DNA of 63,964 nucleotides, filler included. It is 10 parts of 10 records of this genome, joined end to end, with 100 filler letters (N's around TTAATTAATTAA, not from the genome) between each part and the next. Parts side by side here need not be neighbours in the genome. Positions count along the whole stretch, not along the records: positions 1 to 5,148 come from DRR723986_26942; positions 5,249 to 11,260 come from DRR723986_27072; 8 more parts are not named here. The stretch is one strand, 5' to 3'. The translations under genes were made by a program, and so were the position numbers. The notes under the pieces are model-generated. The model was not told the DNA's origin. It made no database searches and saw only the letters and a program-made list of their open reading frames with translations. Shown here piece by piece: positions 1 to 9,714 of this stretch (position 1 is its first letter; each line of letters begins with the position of its first letter).

Positions 1-88
1 CCGCCAGCACCGCGTCCCGAAGCTCTGCCCCCTTCAGCGGGAACGTCCCGAACGTGCGCTGGTAGGTCTTTTCGAAGTAGATGGTCAT
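1..88 (-). CDS. Aldo/keto reductase, N-terminal fragment (runs off window start)
   Basis: Manual translation MTIYFEKTYQRTFGTFPLKGAELRDAVLA resembles the AKR N-terminus (FGT[F/Y]PLKG); divergent from the CoA-transferase. Confidence 0.55.
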   Translation of the reverse strand, partial: MTIYFEKTYQRTFGTFPLKGAELRDAVLA

Positions 89-164
89 CGCGGTATCCTT
101 CCCTGTGCGCGGCCCGGCGGGCAATTCTCCCTTGATCGAGTCGCGGCTTTCGTCGTATCACAAA

Positions 165-178
165 TAACCATTTGGTTA
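165..178. promoter_or_regulatory. Palindromic operator between divergent genes
   Basis: TAACCA-TT-TGGTTA perfect dyad in an AT-rich patch of an otherwise very GC-rich fragment. Confidence 0.5.
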
Positions 179-196
179 CAAAAAGGGCAAGTCGGG

Positions 197-1774
197 ATGT
201 CGAAGGTGATGACAGCGCAGGAGGCCGTCAGCCACGTCGCAAACGGGGCTGTCGTGGCGGTCAATTCGTCGAGCGGGCTGTGCTGCCCCGATGCCGTTCT
301 GGCGGCTTTGGGGGAACGGTTCGACCGCGAGGGCGCGCCGCGCGACCTGACCTCGATCCATCCGATCGCGGCGGGGGATTTCTTCGGCACCAAGGGCGTC
401 GACCACATCGCCAAGCCGGGGATGCTGAGCCGGATCATCGGTGGGTCCTACCCCTCGGGGCCGACGAAGGCAGAGCCGCCGCTGATCTGGCAGATGATCG
501 CGGCCAATCAGGTCAAGGCGTGGAACGTGCCCTCGGGGATCGTCTTCGACATGCTGCGCGAGGGCGCCGCCAAACGCCCCGGCGTGCTGACCAAGGTGGG
601 GCTGAAGACATTCGTGGACCCGGACCTCGAAGGATGCGCCATGAACGAGGCGGCGCGCTCCGAATCCATCGTCGAGCATCGCGATTTCGACGGCGAGGAC
701 TGGCTGTATTTCCGCGCGCTGAAGCCCGACGTGGCGATCATCCGCGCCAGCACGGCGGACGAGCGCGGCAACCTGACCTTCGAACAGGAGGGCGCGGTGC
801 TGGGCGCGATGGAGATGGCGCTGGCCGCGCGCAACAACGGTGGCAAGATCATCGCGCAGGTGCGGCGCATCGCGGCCAACGGGTCCTTGAAGGCACATGA
901 CGTGCGGGTGCCGGGCATCCTTGTCGACATGATCGTCGAGGCGCCCGAGCAGTTGCAGACCACCGCGACGCTCTACGATCCCGCGATCTCGGGCGAGCTG
1001 GTGCGCCCGCTCGACACCTTCGGGACGCCCGAGTTCAACATCGGCAAGGTCATCGCGCGCCGCGTCGCGCAGGAATTGCGGCAGGGCTGGGCCGTCAACA
1101 TCGGTTTTGGCATCTCGGCCAACGTGCCACGCATCCTGCTGGAAGAGGGCCAGCACGGCGCCGTCACATGGATGATCGAGCAGGGCGCGGTGGGCGGCAT
1201 CCCGCTTCTGGACTTCAAGTTCGGCTGCGCCGCCAATGCCGAGGCCTTCGTCGCCTCGCCGCATCAGTTCTGCTATTTTCAGGCGGGCGGCTTCGACGCC
1301 TCGCTTCTGTCATTCCTCGAGATCGGGCGCGATGGCTCGGTCAACGTCTCGCGCCTGTCGGCCACGCCGCACCGCACCGCCGGCGCGGGCGGCTTCGTCG
1401 ACATCACGGCGCGGGCGAAGAAGATCGTCTTCTCCGGCATGTTCAACGCAGGCGCCAAGATGCGGCTCGACGGCGGCAACCTGGTGATCGACGCCGAAGG
1501 CAGGATCGCCAAGTTCGTGGAGGCGGTGGATCAGGTCTCCTTCTCGGGCGCCCGCGCGCTGGAGCAGGGGCAGGACGTGACCTATGTCACCGAGCGCTGC
1601 GTGATCCGGCTGATCGAGGGGCGCCTGACGGTGACCGAGGTGGCGCCGGGTCTGGACTTGAAGCGCGACGTGCTGGATCAGGCGGCGACGGAGCTGCTGG
1701 TCTCGGACGACCTGCGCGAGATGGACGGCGCGCTCTTCCGCCCCGAGACCCTCGGCCTGAGGCTGGGCGCATGA
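197..1774 (+). CDS. Acyl-CoA:acetate/3-ketoacid CoA-transferase (family I, fused alpha/beta, YdiF/Pct-like)
   Basis: 525 aa; PGVLTKVGLKTFVDP, ADERGNLTFEQEG, VNIGFGI, catalytic EQG, GAGGFVDIT, YVTERCV motifs. Confidence 0.9.
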   Translation: MSKVMTAQEAVSHVANGAVVAVNSSSGLCCPDAVLAALGERFDREGAPRDLTSIHPIAAGDFFGTKGVDHIAKPGMLSRIIGGSYPSGPTKAEPPLIWQMIAANQVKAWNVPSGIVFDMLREGAAKRPGVLTKVGLKTFVDPDLEGCAMNEAARSESIVEHRDFDGEDWLYFRALKPDVAIIRASTADERGNLTFEQEGAVLGAMEMALAARNNGGKIIAQVRRIAANGSLKAHDVRVPGILVDMIVEAPEQLQTTATLYDPAISGELVRPLDTFGTPEFNIGKVIARRVAQELRQGWAVNIGFGISANVPRILLEEGQHGAVTWMIEQGAVGGIPLLDFKFGCAANAEAFVASPHQFCYFQAGGFDASLLSFLEIGRDGSVNVSRLSATPHRTAGAGGFVDITARAKKIVFSGMFNAGAKMRLDGGNLVIDAEGRIAKFVEAVDQVSFSGARALEQGQDVTYVTERCVIRLIEGRLTVTEVAPGLDLKRDVLDQAATELLVSDDLREMDGALFRPETLGLRLGA

Positions 1775-2544
1775 GCGGGTTCTCTCTGGAGATCGCGGGC
1801 GGCACCGGCCTGCTGCGCATCGATCGCGAGGACAAGCGCAACGCGCTGGACGCCGCGATGGTCGAAGAGCTAGCCGCCCTCTGCCGGCAGATCGAGCGGC
1901 GCAGCGACATCGACGTGGTGATCCTGACCGGCAAGGGTCGCAGTTTCTGCGCCGGTGGGGACATCCGCGCGTGGTCGGACGAAAGCGCCACCGCCTTCGG
2001 GCGCCATTGGGTGCGCGACGGGCACGAGGCCTTCGACCGGCTTGCCCGCCTGCGCCAGCCGGTGATCGCGGTGCTGAACGGCCACGCCCTCGGCGGCGGG
2101 CTGGAGCTGGCCGCCTGCGCCGATTACCGCGTGGCCGAGGCGCATGTGAAGATCGGCCAGCCCGAATCCGGGCTTGGCGTCATCGCCGGTTGGTCGGGCA
2201 CGCAGCGCGCGGTGCGCCGTTTCGGCGCGCAGGCGGTGCGGCGCATGGCCCTGATGGGCGAGGTCTTCACCGCCTCGGAGGCGCTGGGTCTGGGCATCGT
2301 CGACGCGGTCGCGGACACCGGCGAGGGTCTGGCCCGGGCCGAGGCTCTGGCCGCCGGCCTCCTGAAGCGCGGCCCGCGGGCCACCGAACTCACCAAGATG
2401 CTCATCAACGCCGCCGAGGGCGAGGAACGCGAGCGCGTGCTGGAAAGCCTCGCCGGGCGGCTCGCCGCCTCCGGCGCGGAACTGCGCGAGGGCGTGGCGG
2501 CCTTCTTCGACAAGCGCCCCGCCGATTTCCCGAGGGAGGACTGA
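1771..2544 (+). CDS. Enoyl-CoA hydratase/isomerase (crotonase family)
   Basis: ATG 1771 overlaps upstream stop (ATGA); FCAGGDI, GHALGGGLELA, QPESGLG motifs. Confidence 0.9.
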   Translation: MSGFSLEIAGGTGLLRIDREDKRNALDAAMVEELAALCRQIERRSDIDVVILTGKGRSFCAGGDIRAWSDESATAFGRHWVRDGHEAFDRLARLRQPVIAVLNGHALGGGLELAACADYRVAEAHVKIGQPESGLGVIAGWSGTQRAVRRFGAQAVRRMALMGEVFTASEALGLGIVDAVADTGEGLARAEALAAGLLKRGPRATELTKMLINAAEGEERERVLESLAGRLAASGAELREGVAAFFDKRPADFPRED

Positions 2545-2856
2545 ATGATCCGGCATCTTGTGCATCTGCGGTTCCGCGACGACGTGAACGCGGCGCAAAA
2601 ACAGGCGCTTTACGACCGGCTTGCAGGTCTGGGCGGGCATATCGACGGCATCCTCGATTTCCAGAGCCGCCGGAACGTCTCTGTCGAAACGCCCCTCGTG
2701 CGCGGGTTCCTCGACCTGTTCTGGCTGGATTTCCGCGACGCGGACGTGCGGGACCGCTACCTCGACGACCCCGAACATCAGGCCATCGGCGCGGATATCG
2801 TCGCCTGCCTCGAGGGCGGCGCCGAGGGCGTCTTCGTCTGCGATATCGAGATGTAG
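2545..2856 (+). CDS. Dabb (stress-responsive A/B barrel) family protein
   Basis: 103 aa; MIRHLVHLRF start, YLDDPEHQ motif; abuts upstream stop. Confidence 0.8.
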   Translation: MIRHLVHLRFRDDVNAAQKQALYDRLAGLGGHIDGILDFQSRRNVSVETPLVRGFLDLFWLDFRDADVRDRYLDDPEHQAIGADIVACLEGGAEGVFVCDIEM

Positions 2857-3153
2857 CCTCCCCTGCCCCACACCGGTCGGGTCGCGCCTGTCGGACGGGC
2901 GGCTGGCGCGCCGCTGCGCGAACCCCGATCCGTCGCGCGCCCGCCGGCTCTCGTGACAGCGCCCGCCGGCCCCGCGCCCGCCTACAGGTGACGGTGCGCA
3001 GGCGACGGACGGGGAAGGCGCACCGGGCCGACACGCCCCCGACACCCGTCCGGCCCCGCCGCAGGGGGCCGAACGGCCCCCCGGGCCCACGCAGAAAAGG
3101 GACGGCCCATCGGACCGCCCCTTCCCCGCCGCCGGGAGGACGTGGAGGATTCC

Positions 3154-4755
3154 TCAGCGGTTTCCGCGCACCAGATCGGCGGCCTTCTCGCCGATCATGA
3201 TCGTCGGGGCGTTGGTGTTGGACCCCACGAGGCTTGGCATCACGGAACTGTCGCAGATCCGCAGACCGTCGACGCCGCGCACCCGCAGCTGCGCGTCCAC
3301 GACCGCCATCGGGTCGCTTTCGGCACCCATCTTGCAGGTGCAGGTCGGGTGGTAGGAGGTGCGCCCGTATTGCCGGGCATAGGCTTCGTAATCCGCCTGC
3401 GTCTTCACCTCCGGTCCGGGGAAGCGGATCGCCCTCAGGTGCTTCTGCATCGCCGCCTGTTCGAAGATCTCGCGGCTGATCTTCACCCCCTCGACCGAGC
3501 AGCGCAGGTCGTCCGGCTCGGCGAGGAAGTTCGGATCGACCACCGCCGCATCCTCGGGCCGCGCCGACCGCAGCCGCACCGTCCCGCGCGACTTGGGCCG
3601 CACCGTGTAGCTGTTCAGCGTGACGCCGGAAGAGCCTTTGGGCACGCTCGGCACCCCCGCCTCGGCCCCTGCCCCCGCGAGGAAGTGGAACTGCAGGTCA
3701 GGCGTCGAAAGCCCCTCGCGCGAGTACCAGAAGGCCCCGCCCTCGACCACGTTCGACGTCACCGGCCCGGAGTTGAACAGCATGTACTGCGCCCCCGCCC
3801 AGAGCATCCAGTGCAGCTTGTTGTACTTGTCGAGGCTGTCGTGGCCGGTCAGTTCCCCCACGATGTCGATGCCGAAGTGGTCCTGAAGGTTCTCCCCCAC
3901 GCCCGGCAAGTCCGCCACCACGGGCACGCCCATCTCCCGAAGATGCGGCGCAGGCCCGAGTCCCGACAGCAGCATCGTCTTGGGCGAGCCGATAGCGCCC
4001 GAGGTCAAAAGCACCTCGCTTTCGGCCCGCGCCATGTGGGACGCGCCGCCGATGGCGTAGTCGACCCCCGTGGCGCGCCCCTTTTCCACGACGATGCGCC
4101 GGACCAGAGCGCCGGTCTTCACCGTCAGGTTCGCCCGCTTCATCGCCGGGCGCAGGTAGCCCACCGCCGCCGAACACCGCCGCCCGTTCCTCGTCGTCGT
4201 CTGATAGGGGCCGGAGCCCGCCTGCACGGCGCCGTTGAAGTCCGGATTGAAGGGGATGCCGCGTTCCTGACAGGCCTGCACGAAGGCGCGGGTCATCGGC
4301 TGCGGCTGGGGCACGTTGGACACGGCCAGCTCTCCCTCGGTGCCATGCCACTCGCCCGCGAGCATGGTGTTGCCCTCGGAGCGGATGAAATACTTGCGGA
4401 CTTCGCCGAAGCTCCAGCCCTCGGCGCCCTCTTCGACCCAGCGGTCGTAGTCGGAGGGCGTGCCGCGCGTGTAGATCTCGGCGTTGATCGAAGAGCCGCC
4501 GCCGATCACGCGGGCCTGCGCATAGGGGATCTCGCGGTTGTTGGCGTGCTTCTGCGGCGCCGTCACCAGCCCCCAGGTCAGCGGCCCGGTGGTCATCTTG
4601 GCAAAGCCCACGGGCATGTGGATCAGCGGGTGGGTATCCTTGCCCCCCGCCTCCAGCAGCAGCACGCGGCAGGCGCTGTCCTCGGTCAGCCGGTTGGCCA
4701 GCACGCAGCCCGCCGAGCCGCCGCCGACGATGATGTAATCGTAACCCTCAGCCAT
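3154..4755 (-). CDS. GMC oxidoreductase, L-sorbose dehydrogenase-like
   Basis: DYIIVGGGSAGCVLA FAD motif, GGGSSINAE, YHPTCTCKMG, GSNTNAPTIMIGEK; HPLIHMPVGFAKMTTGP segment recalled as shared with Gluconobacter SDH. Confidence 0.85.
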   Translation of the reverse strand: MAEGYDYIIVGGGSAGCVLANRLTEDSACRVLLLEAGGKDTHPLIHMPVGFAKMTTGPLTWGLVTAPQKHANNREIPYAQARVIGGGSSINAEIYTRGTPSDYDRWVEEGAEGWSFGEVRKYFIRSEGNTMLAGEWHGTEGELAVSNVPQPQPMTRAFVQACQERGIPFNPDFNGAVQAGSGPYQTTTRNGRRCSAAVGYLRPAMKRANLTVKTGALVRRIVVEKGRATGVDYAIGGASHMARAESEVLLTSGAIGSPKTMLLSGLGPAPHLREMGVPVVADLPGVGENLQDHFGIDIVGELTGHDSLDKYNKLHWMLWAGAQYMLFNSGPVTSNVVEGGAFWYSREGLSTPDLQFHFLAGAGAEAGVPSVPKGSSGVTLNSYTVRPKSRGTVRLRSARPEDAAVVDPNFLAEPDDLRCSVEGVKISREIFEQAAMQKHLRAIRFPGPEVKTQADYEAYARQYGRTSYHPTCTCKMGAESDPMAVVDAQLRVRGVDGLRICDSSVMPSLVGSNTNAPTIMIGEKAADLVRGNR

Positions 4756-5017
4756 CTGTCCTCCTCACCCGATGCGCGACCAACCCGCGCTGGGCCACTC
4801 TCTCCCTCGACAGCATCGGGGTTCCCGACGCAGCCGCACCTCGTTTCATCGACCGGGGACCCCGCGCAGGGGCATCCGGGCCTGCCAGCCCTGTTTGTCA
4901 CCTGCGGGGCCATGGTCCGTCTCGGTCACTTGCAGGGCCACGGTCTTGCACCCGTCCCTGCTGCCGCTCAGGACGGTCGCGCGACGAAGCACTTCTCAGA
5001 GCTCTGGCCGACCGTCC

Positions 5018-5148
5018 TCACGCGATCCAGGGCGTGCGCTTGCCGATCTCGATGTGGACGGACTTGATCTGCGTGTATTCCTCGACCCCGTACTTGCCCG
5101 CCTCGCGGCCCCAGCCGGATTGCTTGAAGCCCCCCAGCGGCAGCTCCG
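5018..5148 (-). CDS. Aldehyde dehydrogenase C-terminus (sorbosone dehydrogenase-like), truncated by contig end
   Basis: Manual translation [46 protein letters not shown] PxGGxKxSGxGRE motif. Confidence 0.85.
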
Positions 5149-5248
5149 NNNNNNNNNNNNNNNNNNNNNNNNNNNNNNNNNNNNNNNNNNNNTTAATTAA
5201 TTAANNNNNNNNNNNNNNNNNNNNNNNNNNNNNNNNNNNNNNNNNNNN
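5149..5248. other. Artificial contig spacer
   Basis: N-run with TTAATTAATTAA six-frame stop linker. Confidence 0.99.
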
Positions 5249-5285
5249 GCCGATCAGCCTTTATGAGGGCGAAGACGCCTCTTGA
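5249..5285 (+). CDS. hfq: RNA chaperone Hfq, C-terminal end
   Basis: PISLYEGEDAS* matches the Rhodobacteraceae Hfq tail; stop overlaps hflX start (conserved hfq-hflX order). Confidence 0.7.
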
Positions 5286-6556
5286 TGGAACATGATAGGG
5301 TCCTCACCCGTGCTTGGGTGTTGCACCCAGAAATAAAATCCGACCAAGATCGCCGGGACCCCAAACCGGCGCTACAAGAAGCTGTCGCTCTGGCGGCTGC
5401 GCTGCCTGACCTTGATGTGGTCGGGTCAGATATTGTGCGCTTGCCCAAAGCGCATGCTGGTCATTTGTTCGGGTCTGGCAAAATCAAAGAATTGCACGAT
5501 GCGTTGCATGCTGCTGAAATCGATCTGGTTTTGATTGACGGGCGGGTGACACCGGTGCAGCAACGCAATCTGGAAAAGGCCTGGGGTGTTAAGATCCTGG
5601 ACCGAACTGGCCTGATCCTAGAAATCTTTAGTGACCGCGCGCGCACACGCGAAGGCGTGTTGCAGGTCGAAATGGCTGCACTCAGCTATCAACGCACGCG
5701 ATTGGTCCGAGCGTGGACGCACCTTGAACGTCAGCGAGGCGGACTTGGGTTCGTTGGGGGACCCGGGGAAACTCAGATCGAGGCAGACCGTCGTGCCATT
5801 GATGACCAACTGGTACGCCTACGCCGTCAACTAGATAAAGTGGTCAAAACCCGAACTTTGCATCGGGCTGCACGGGCTAAGGTTCCGTATCCGATCGTCG
5901 CGCTAGTTGGCTATACCAACGCTGGGAAGTCGACACTTTTCAATCGATTGACCGGCGCCGATGTCATGGCCAAAGACATGCTTTTTGCGACGCTGGACCC
6001 AACCATGCGCAGGGTTGAATTGCCAGACGGACCCGAAGTGATCTTGTCCGATACTGTAGGTTTTATTTCCAGTCTTCCGACTGAATTGGTCGCGTCCTTC
6101 CGTGCTACGTTGGAAGAGGTGTTGGGCGCTGATCTGATTATTCATGTCCGCGACATTAGTCACGCGGATACAGAAACGCAGGCTACAGATGTTGAGACCA
6201 TTCTTAACACCTTAGGGATTGATCCCGAGCGCCCGCGACTCGAAGTTTGGAACAAGATTGACCTTCTCGACGCAGAGGAAGGCGATGCTGTCCGCGCACG
6301 GGCAGAGCGTGACCCAGCAGTGTTCGGTATCTCGGCAGTCACTGGCGAAGGTTTGGATACGTTGCTGGCGACCATCGCCGAACAAATCCAAGGGGCACGT
6401 CACGTGACCGAAATGGTCTTAGGGTTTTCCGAAGGAAAAAAGCGGGCGTGGCTGTTTCAGCAGGATTTGGTGATTTCGGAAACCCAATCCGAAGATGGGT
6501 TTGCGTTGACCGTTCAATGGACGGCCGTACAACAGGCGCAATTTGACGCTTTATAA
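5282..6556 (+). CDS. hflX: Ribosome-splitting GTPase HflX
   Basis: GPGETQIEADRR, GYTNAGKST, FATLDPT, DTVGF, NKID motifs. Confidence 0.97.
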   Translation: MMEHDRVLTRAWVLHPEIKSDQDRRDPKPALQEAVALAAALPDLDVVGSDIVRLPKAHAGHLFGSGKIKELHDALHAAEIDLVLIDGRVTPVQQRNLEKAWGVKILDRTGLILEIFSDRARTREGVLQVEMAALSYQRTRLVRAWTHLERQRGGLGFVGGPGETQIEADRRAIDDQLVRLRRQLDKVVKTRTLHRAARAKVPYPIVALVGYTNAGKSTLFNRLTGADVMAKDMLFATLDPTMRRVELPDGPEVILSDTVGFISSLPTELVASFRATLEEVLGADLIIHVRDISHADTETQATDVETILNTLGIDPERPRLEVWNKIDLLDAEEGDAVRARAERDPAVFGISAVTGEGLDTLLATIAEQIQGARHVTEMVLGFSEGKKRAWLFQQDLVISETQSEDGFALTVQWTAVQQAQFDAL

Positions 6557-6563
6557 AAAACGA

Positions 6564-6959
6564 TCAGCGCCCGTCGATCTGGCGCTGATAATCATCGGCA
6601 TCGAACCAACCAAGTGACGAAACGACTTGGTAATCGTTGTTCAATTCCCATTCCTCCCACCCCCCAACGACAACGTGGTTTTTGGTTTCTGCGTGGTGGC
6701 CTTCGAGGGTCCATATGAATATGGCATGGCTACCGGCACGTCGCATCAAATCGCATCGCACCTCTAAGTCTGGGAATTCAGCATAAAACCCGGCAGCCAT
6801 TTCTATGATTGCGGCACGCCCTTGCAGAACCTCGCCTCGGTTGATGCAAATTTGCCCTTCCTGAGCATAAAACCCTGCGACCGCAGCGGGGTCGCCCGAG
6901 CTCCACGCGAGTGCGTATTCCTGCGCAAGGGTTTGCAAAATATCACGTGCACTTGCCAT
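6564..6959 (-). CDS. SnoaL-like / NTF2 family protein
   Basis: AWSSGDPAAVAGFY, FYAEFPDL pattern; GGAGG RBS before ATG 6959. Confidence 0.75.
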   Translation of the reverse strand: MASARDILQTLAQEYALAWSSGDPAAVAGFYAQEGQICINRGEVLQGRAAIIEMAAGFYAEFPDLEVRCDLMRRAGSHAIFIWTLEGHHAETKNHVVVGGWEEWELNNDYQVVSSLGWFDADDYQRQIDGR

Positions 6960-7032
6960 AGACGAATTCCTCCGATTGAACATCAGGCTACGTCAAAGTG
7001 GGGGCTCACGTCTATGGGGTTGAATTAGGGGT

Positions 7033-9498
7033 TTATTTCTGAGGGTTCAGGGTCGTTATTCCCACCGCTGCAGCACGTGCCAAATTCGTATCCAAAGACA
7101 TTGGAATGTATTCACCACGCCGCCAAAGTTGGGCAAGATCATCATAGTATCGCGACAGGAAATGGCCGGATTGACCTGTGGATGAAATGAAGACCGAACT
7201 GTTGGGGTCCGCAAAATCATAGACGCCACGGTAACCAGCCCCGTGCACATTCTGGAATGGAAATGGATCTTCGCCAGAGGTTCGGCCACGCTGCAATGTG
7301 TTATCCCCGCCGCTGGTTGATTGGCGGATGTTTACGAAATAGCGCAGGATAGGAACCTTACCCAAAGTTGGGTGATCGTGGGTTGCCTGATGCGCATCGC
7401 CCCAACGCAGGGATTCAAGAGCGGTTCCATATCGTTCACTGATCCAGATCAGGGCGTCATCCAAGGCGAGTCGGGCCATTTCGGTGCATGTTTCTTCGGC
7501 TGCACTATGTCGGACATCACACCAACGCGCGGCGCCATCAACATTGCGATACACGCGTTCAATGAACAGCGGCTCAACATGTTTAAACTCCTCGGCCAAT
7601 GGTCCCAATTCGTCCGCGATAAGGCGTTGTTGCAGTGCCCGTATCCAAGCGGCATAAATCAGAGGTTCCGGCAGGTGCTCATTCATTTCGCCATTCCAGT
7701 CGGCGAGCAAGGACAAAGCGATCTGTCGTTGGCGGGCGGGCGTGCCTTCGGGAGCTGCTTCGCCAGTGAACCACAGATCAGCGCCAATCAAAGGGAGCAA
7801 GGATCGGGCGGTAAAGCTGACCGGGTCCAGTTGGGCCTCGATAAAGCTATCGCGGGTATGAACTTGACGCGATTGCATCAACCGTTGCCAACGCTGGATG
7901 CGCTGACTGTCACCCCAAACATAAGACACGTGGTTGGGGAAGGGGCGTTTGATCACCTTGTTATTGGTGTTTCCCAACAATCCTCCACGGGGTGAAACAA
8001 ATTGTGGATTGGCAGCATAAGGCGCGCGCCCTTGCCACCGGTTTTCAGCGCGCCACCCCTGACTGGGCAGGCGTCCCTTGCTTTGATGTCGGGCATCGCG
8101 GCGAGGCACTGCCCCAACCAGTTTCATACCAATATCAGTCTTGTCGGCAAGGGATAGGTTTAGAGATGGAGAGATGAAGCCTTCACCAACTGAGATTGCC
8201 TCACGGACCGATTTGGATTGCATCAAGTCGAGAGCGGCAGTGAGAGTGGTATCTTTGGGGCTAAGGGCATTCCACCCCAAGGCAACGAGATGACCCGGCG
8301 GGGTGATTGTGCTGAGCGAATAATGACTGCCAGGCAGGACTGGGCCATTTTCCGTCCACCGCAGGGTCAAGGTGATGGGACGTGCGTCTTTGATTTCAAT
8401 GATCGAAGGACGCGTTTCAAAGGTCTTATACCCATCCGGCGTCAGATACTCTTCGGGATTGTCAGGATTCAAACGTTCAATGAACAGATCTTGATCATCC
8501 GCGTACGACGACGTGACACCCCAACCCAAACGATCACTGCGCCCGGTTAGGATCGCGGGAATGCCGGGGATCGATGCCCCGATAACCCCACCTTTGGACA
8601 GTTCTAATCGTGCTAAATACCAGGTGCTAGGAGCACTGAACCCGAGATGGGGGTCATTGGCCAGCAAAGTGCCACCAGATGCGGACCGGGCTGGTGCGGC
8701 GGTCCAAGCGTTTGAGGCCCCCGCCAATCCACGCGCGGGAAACGGGGACAACGGATCCGTTGGCATTGGCACGCTTTGTGCAAATCTCGGGACTTCGGGG
8801 AAGATTGCAGCATACTCTGGCAGCGCAGCGATGCCTGTCCCAGGGGTGTCTGGGAGAATATCAATCAACCGCTCTGGATCATTCAACATCAATGAAGTGC
8901 GCGCGCGCAGAACTTCTTCTTCTAGGTGCCCAGACAACTGCAAGCTCATCAATTTGATGATCGCGATGCTGTCTGCGGGCTGCCATGGAGCGACCGGAGC
9001 GTTGAACAGGAACATTTCGGGCGCGCCGCGTCCCAATGCTTCGTCGTTGATTTCAGCAAGGCGCGCGTTCACGCCAGCCGAATACGCCTGCAAGGCGGCC
9101 TGAGTATAGTCGGATTGCGCGTCTACAGATTGCTGCGCGATACGGTATAGATCTAACCGCCTGAGCAGCCGGTCAATCCTGACAGTACGTTCCCCAAAAA
9201 CCTCAGACAATCGGCCCTGTACGGTACGGCGAAAGATCGTCATCTGCCACAGGCGGTCCTGAGCATGCGCATAGCCAAGACCAAAATAGGTGTCTGGATC
9301 GTTTTCCCCAAAGATATGCGGCACGTTAGCGTTGTCACGCACGATTTCCACTGGACCAGATAAGCCCTGCACATCAACGGTCTGATCATATTCGGGCAGG
9401 GATTGGCCGGCCAAATAATAAATCAACGCCACGCTGGCCACAACAAGAGCAACAAGCCCGGCAGCAAGCCGCATCAGCCAGCGAAACAACAATCCCAT
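7033..9498 (-). CDS. Penicillin acylase family (Ntn hydrolase, S45) with N-terminal membrane anchor
   Basis: RDNANVPHI, GYAHAQDRLWQM, beta-chain start SNAW, LLANDPHL, TGQSGH. Confidence 0.93.
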   Translation of the reverse strand: MGLLFRWLMRLAAGLVALVVASVALIYYLAGQSLPEYDQTVDVQGLSGPVEIVRDNANVPHIFGENDPDTYFGLGYAHAQDRLWQMTIFRRTVQGRLSEVFGERTVRIDRLLRRLDLYRIAQQSVDAQSDYTQAALQAYSAGVNARLAEINDEALGRGAPEMFLFNAPVAPWQPADSIAIIKLMSLQLSGHLEEEVLRARTSLMLNDPERLIDILPDTPGTGIAALPEYAAIFPEVPRFAQSVPMPTDPLSPFPARGLAGASNAWTAAPARSASGGTLLANDPHLGFSAPSTWYLARLELSKGGVIGASIPGIPAILTGRSDRLGWGVTSSYADDQDLFIERLNPDNPEEYLTPDGYKTFETRPSIIEIKDARPITLTLRWTENGPVLPGSHYSLSTITPPGHLVALGWNALSPKDTTLTAALDLMQSKSVREAISVGEGFISPSLNLSLADKTDIGMKLVGAVPRRDARHQSKGRLPSQGWRAENRWQGRAPYAANPQFVSPRGGLLGNTNNKVIKRPFPNHVSYVWGDSQRIQRWQRLMQSRQVHTRDSFIEAQLDPVSFTARSLLPLIGADLWFTGEAAPEGTPARQRQIALSLLADWNGEMNEHLPEPLIYAAWIRALQQRLIADELGPLAEEFKHVEPLFIERVYRNVDGAARWCDVRHSAAEETCTEMARLALDDALIWISERYGTALESLRWGDAHQATHDHPTLGKVPILRYFVNIRQSTSGGDNTLQRGRTSGEDPFPFQNVHGAGYRGVYDFADPNSSVFISSTGQSGHFLSRYYDDLAQLWRRGEYIPMSLDTNLARAAAVGITTLNPQK

Positions 9499-9655
9499 GG
9501 GTGATCCATCTGTATAGGTGACAATGCTCGGCACCCTAGATGAACTGACCTGCAGGGAAAAGATGAGAGGCTGTCTATTTTCAGTACAACGCAGTGTTTT
9601 GGCGTAGAAATAGGCAGAGTGTTTACCTGTTTCCTAAGGGTGCACTAAGTCAACG

Positions 9656-9687
9656 AAAAAGGGTGAGGCTAATTTGGCCCCACCCTT
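9656..9687 (-). terminator. Rho-independent terminator after YSC84 gene
   Basis: AAGGGTG.GGC / GCC.CACCCTT stem with A-run (U-tract on minus strand). Confidence 0.6.
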
Positions 9688-9714
9688 GGATCTTGCGGAC
9701 AAGTTATTCGGTAA

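Noticed and set aside
2857..3153. Very GC-rich intergenic region with several hairpins, considered as an ncRNA
   Set aside because: Hairpins are expected at this GC content between convergent genes; no recognisable RNA family motif
3142..5067. 641-aa plus-strand ORF and other long antisense ORFs (176-1264, 1870-3090, 50705-51751, 57288-58073)
   Set aside because: Shadow ORFs opposite well-supported genes in high-GC DNA; Arg/Pro/Ala-rich with no motifs
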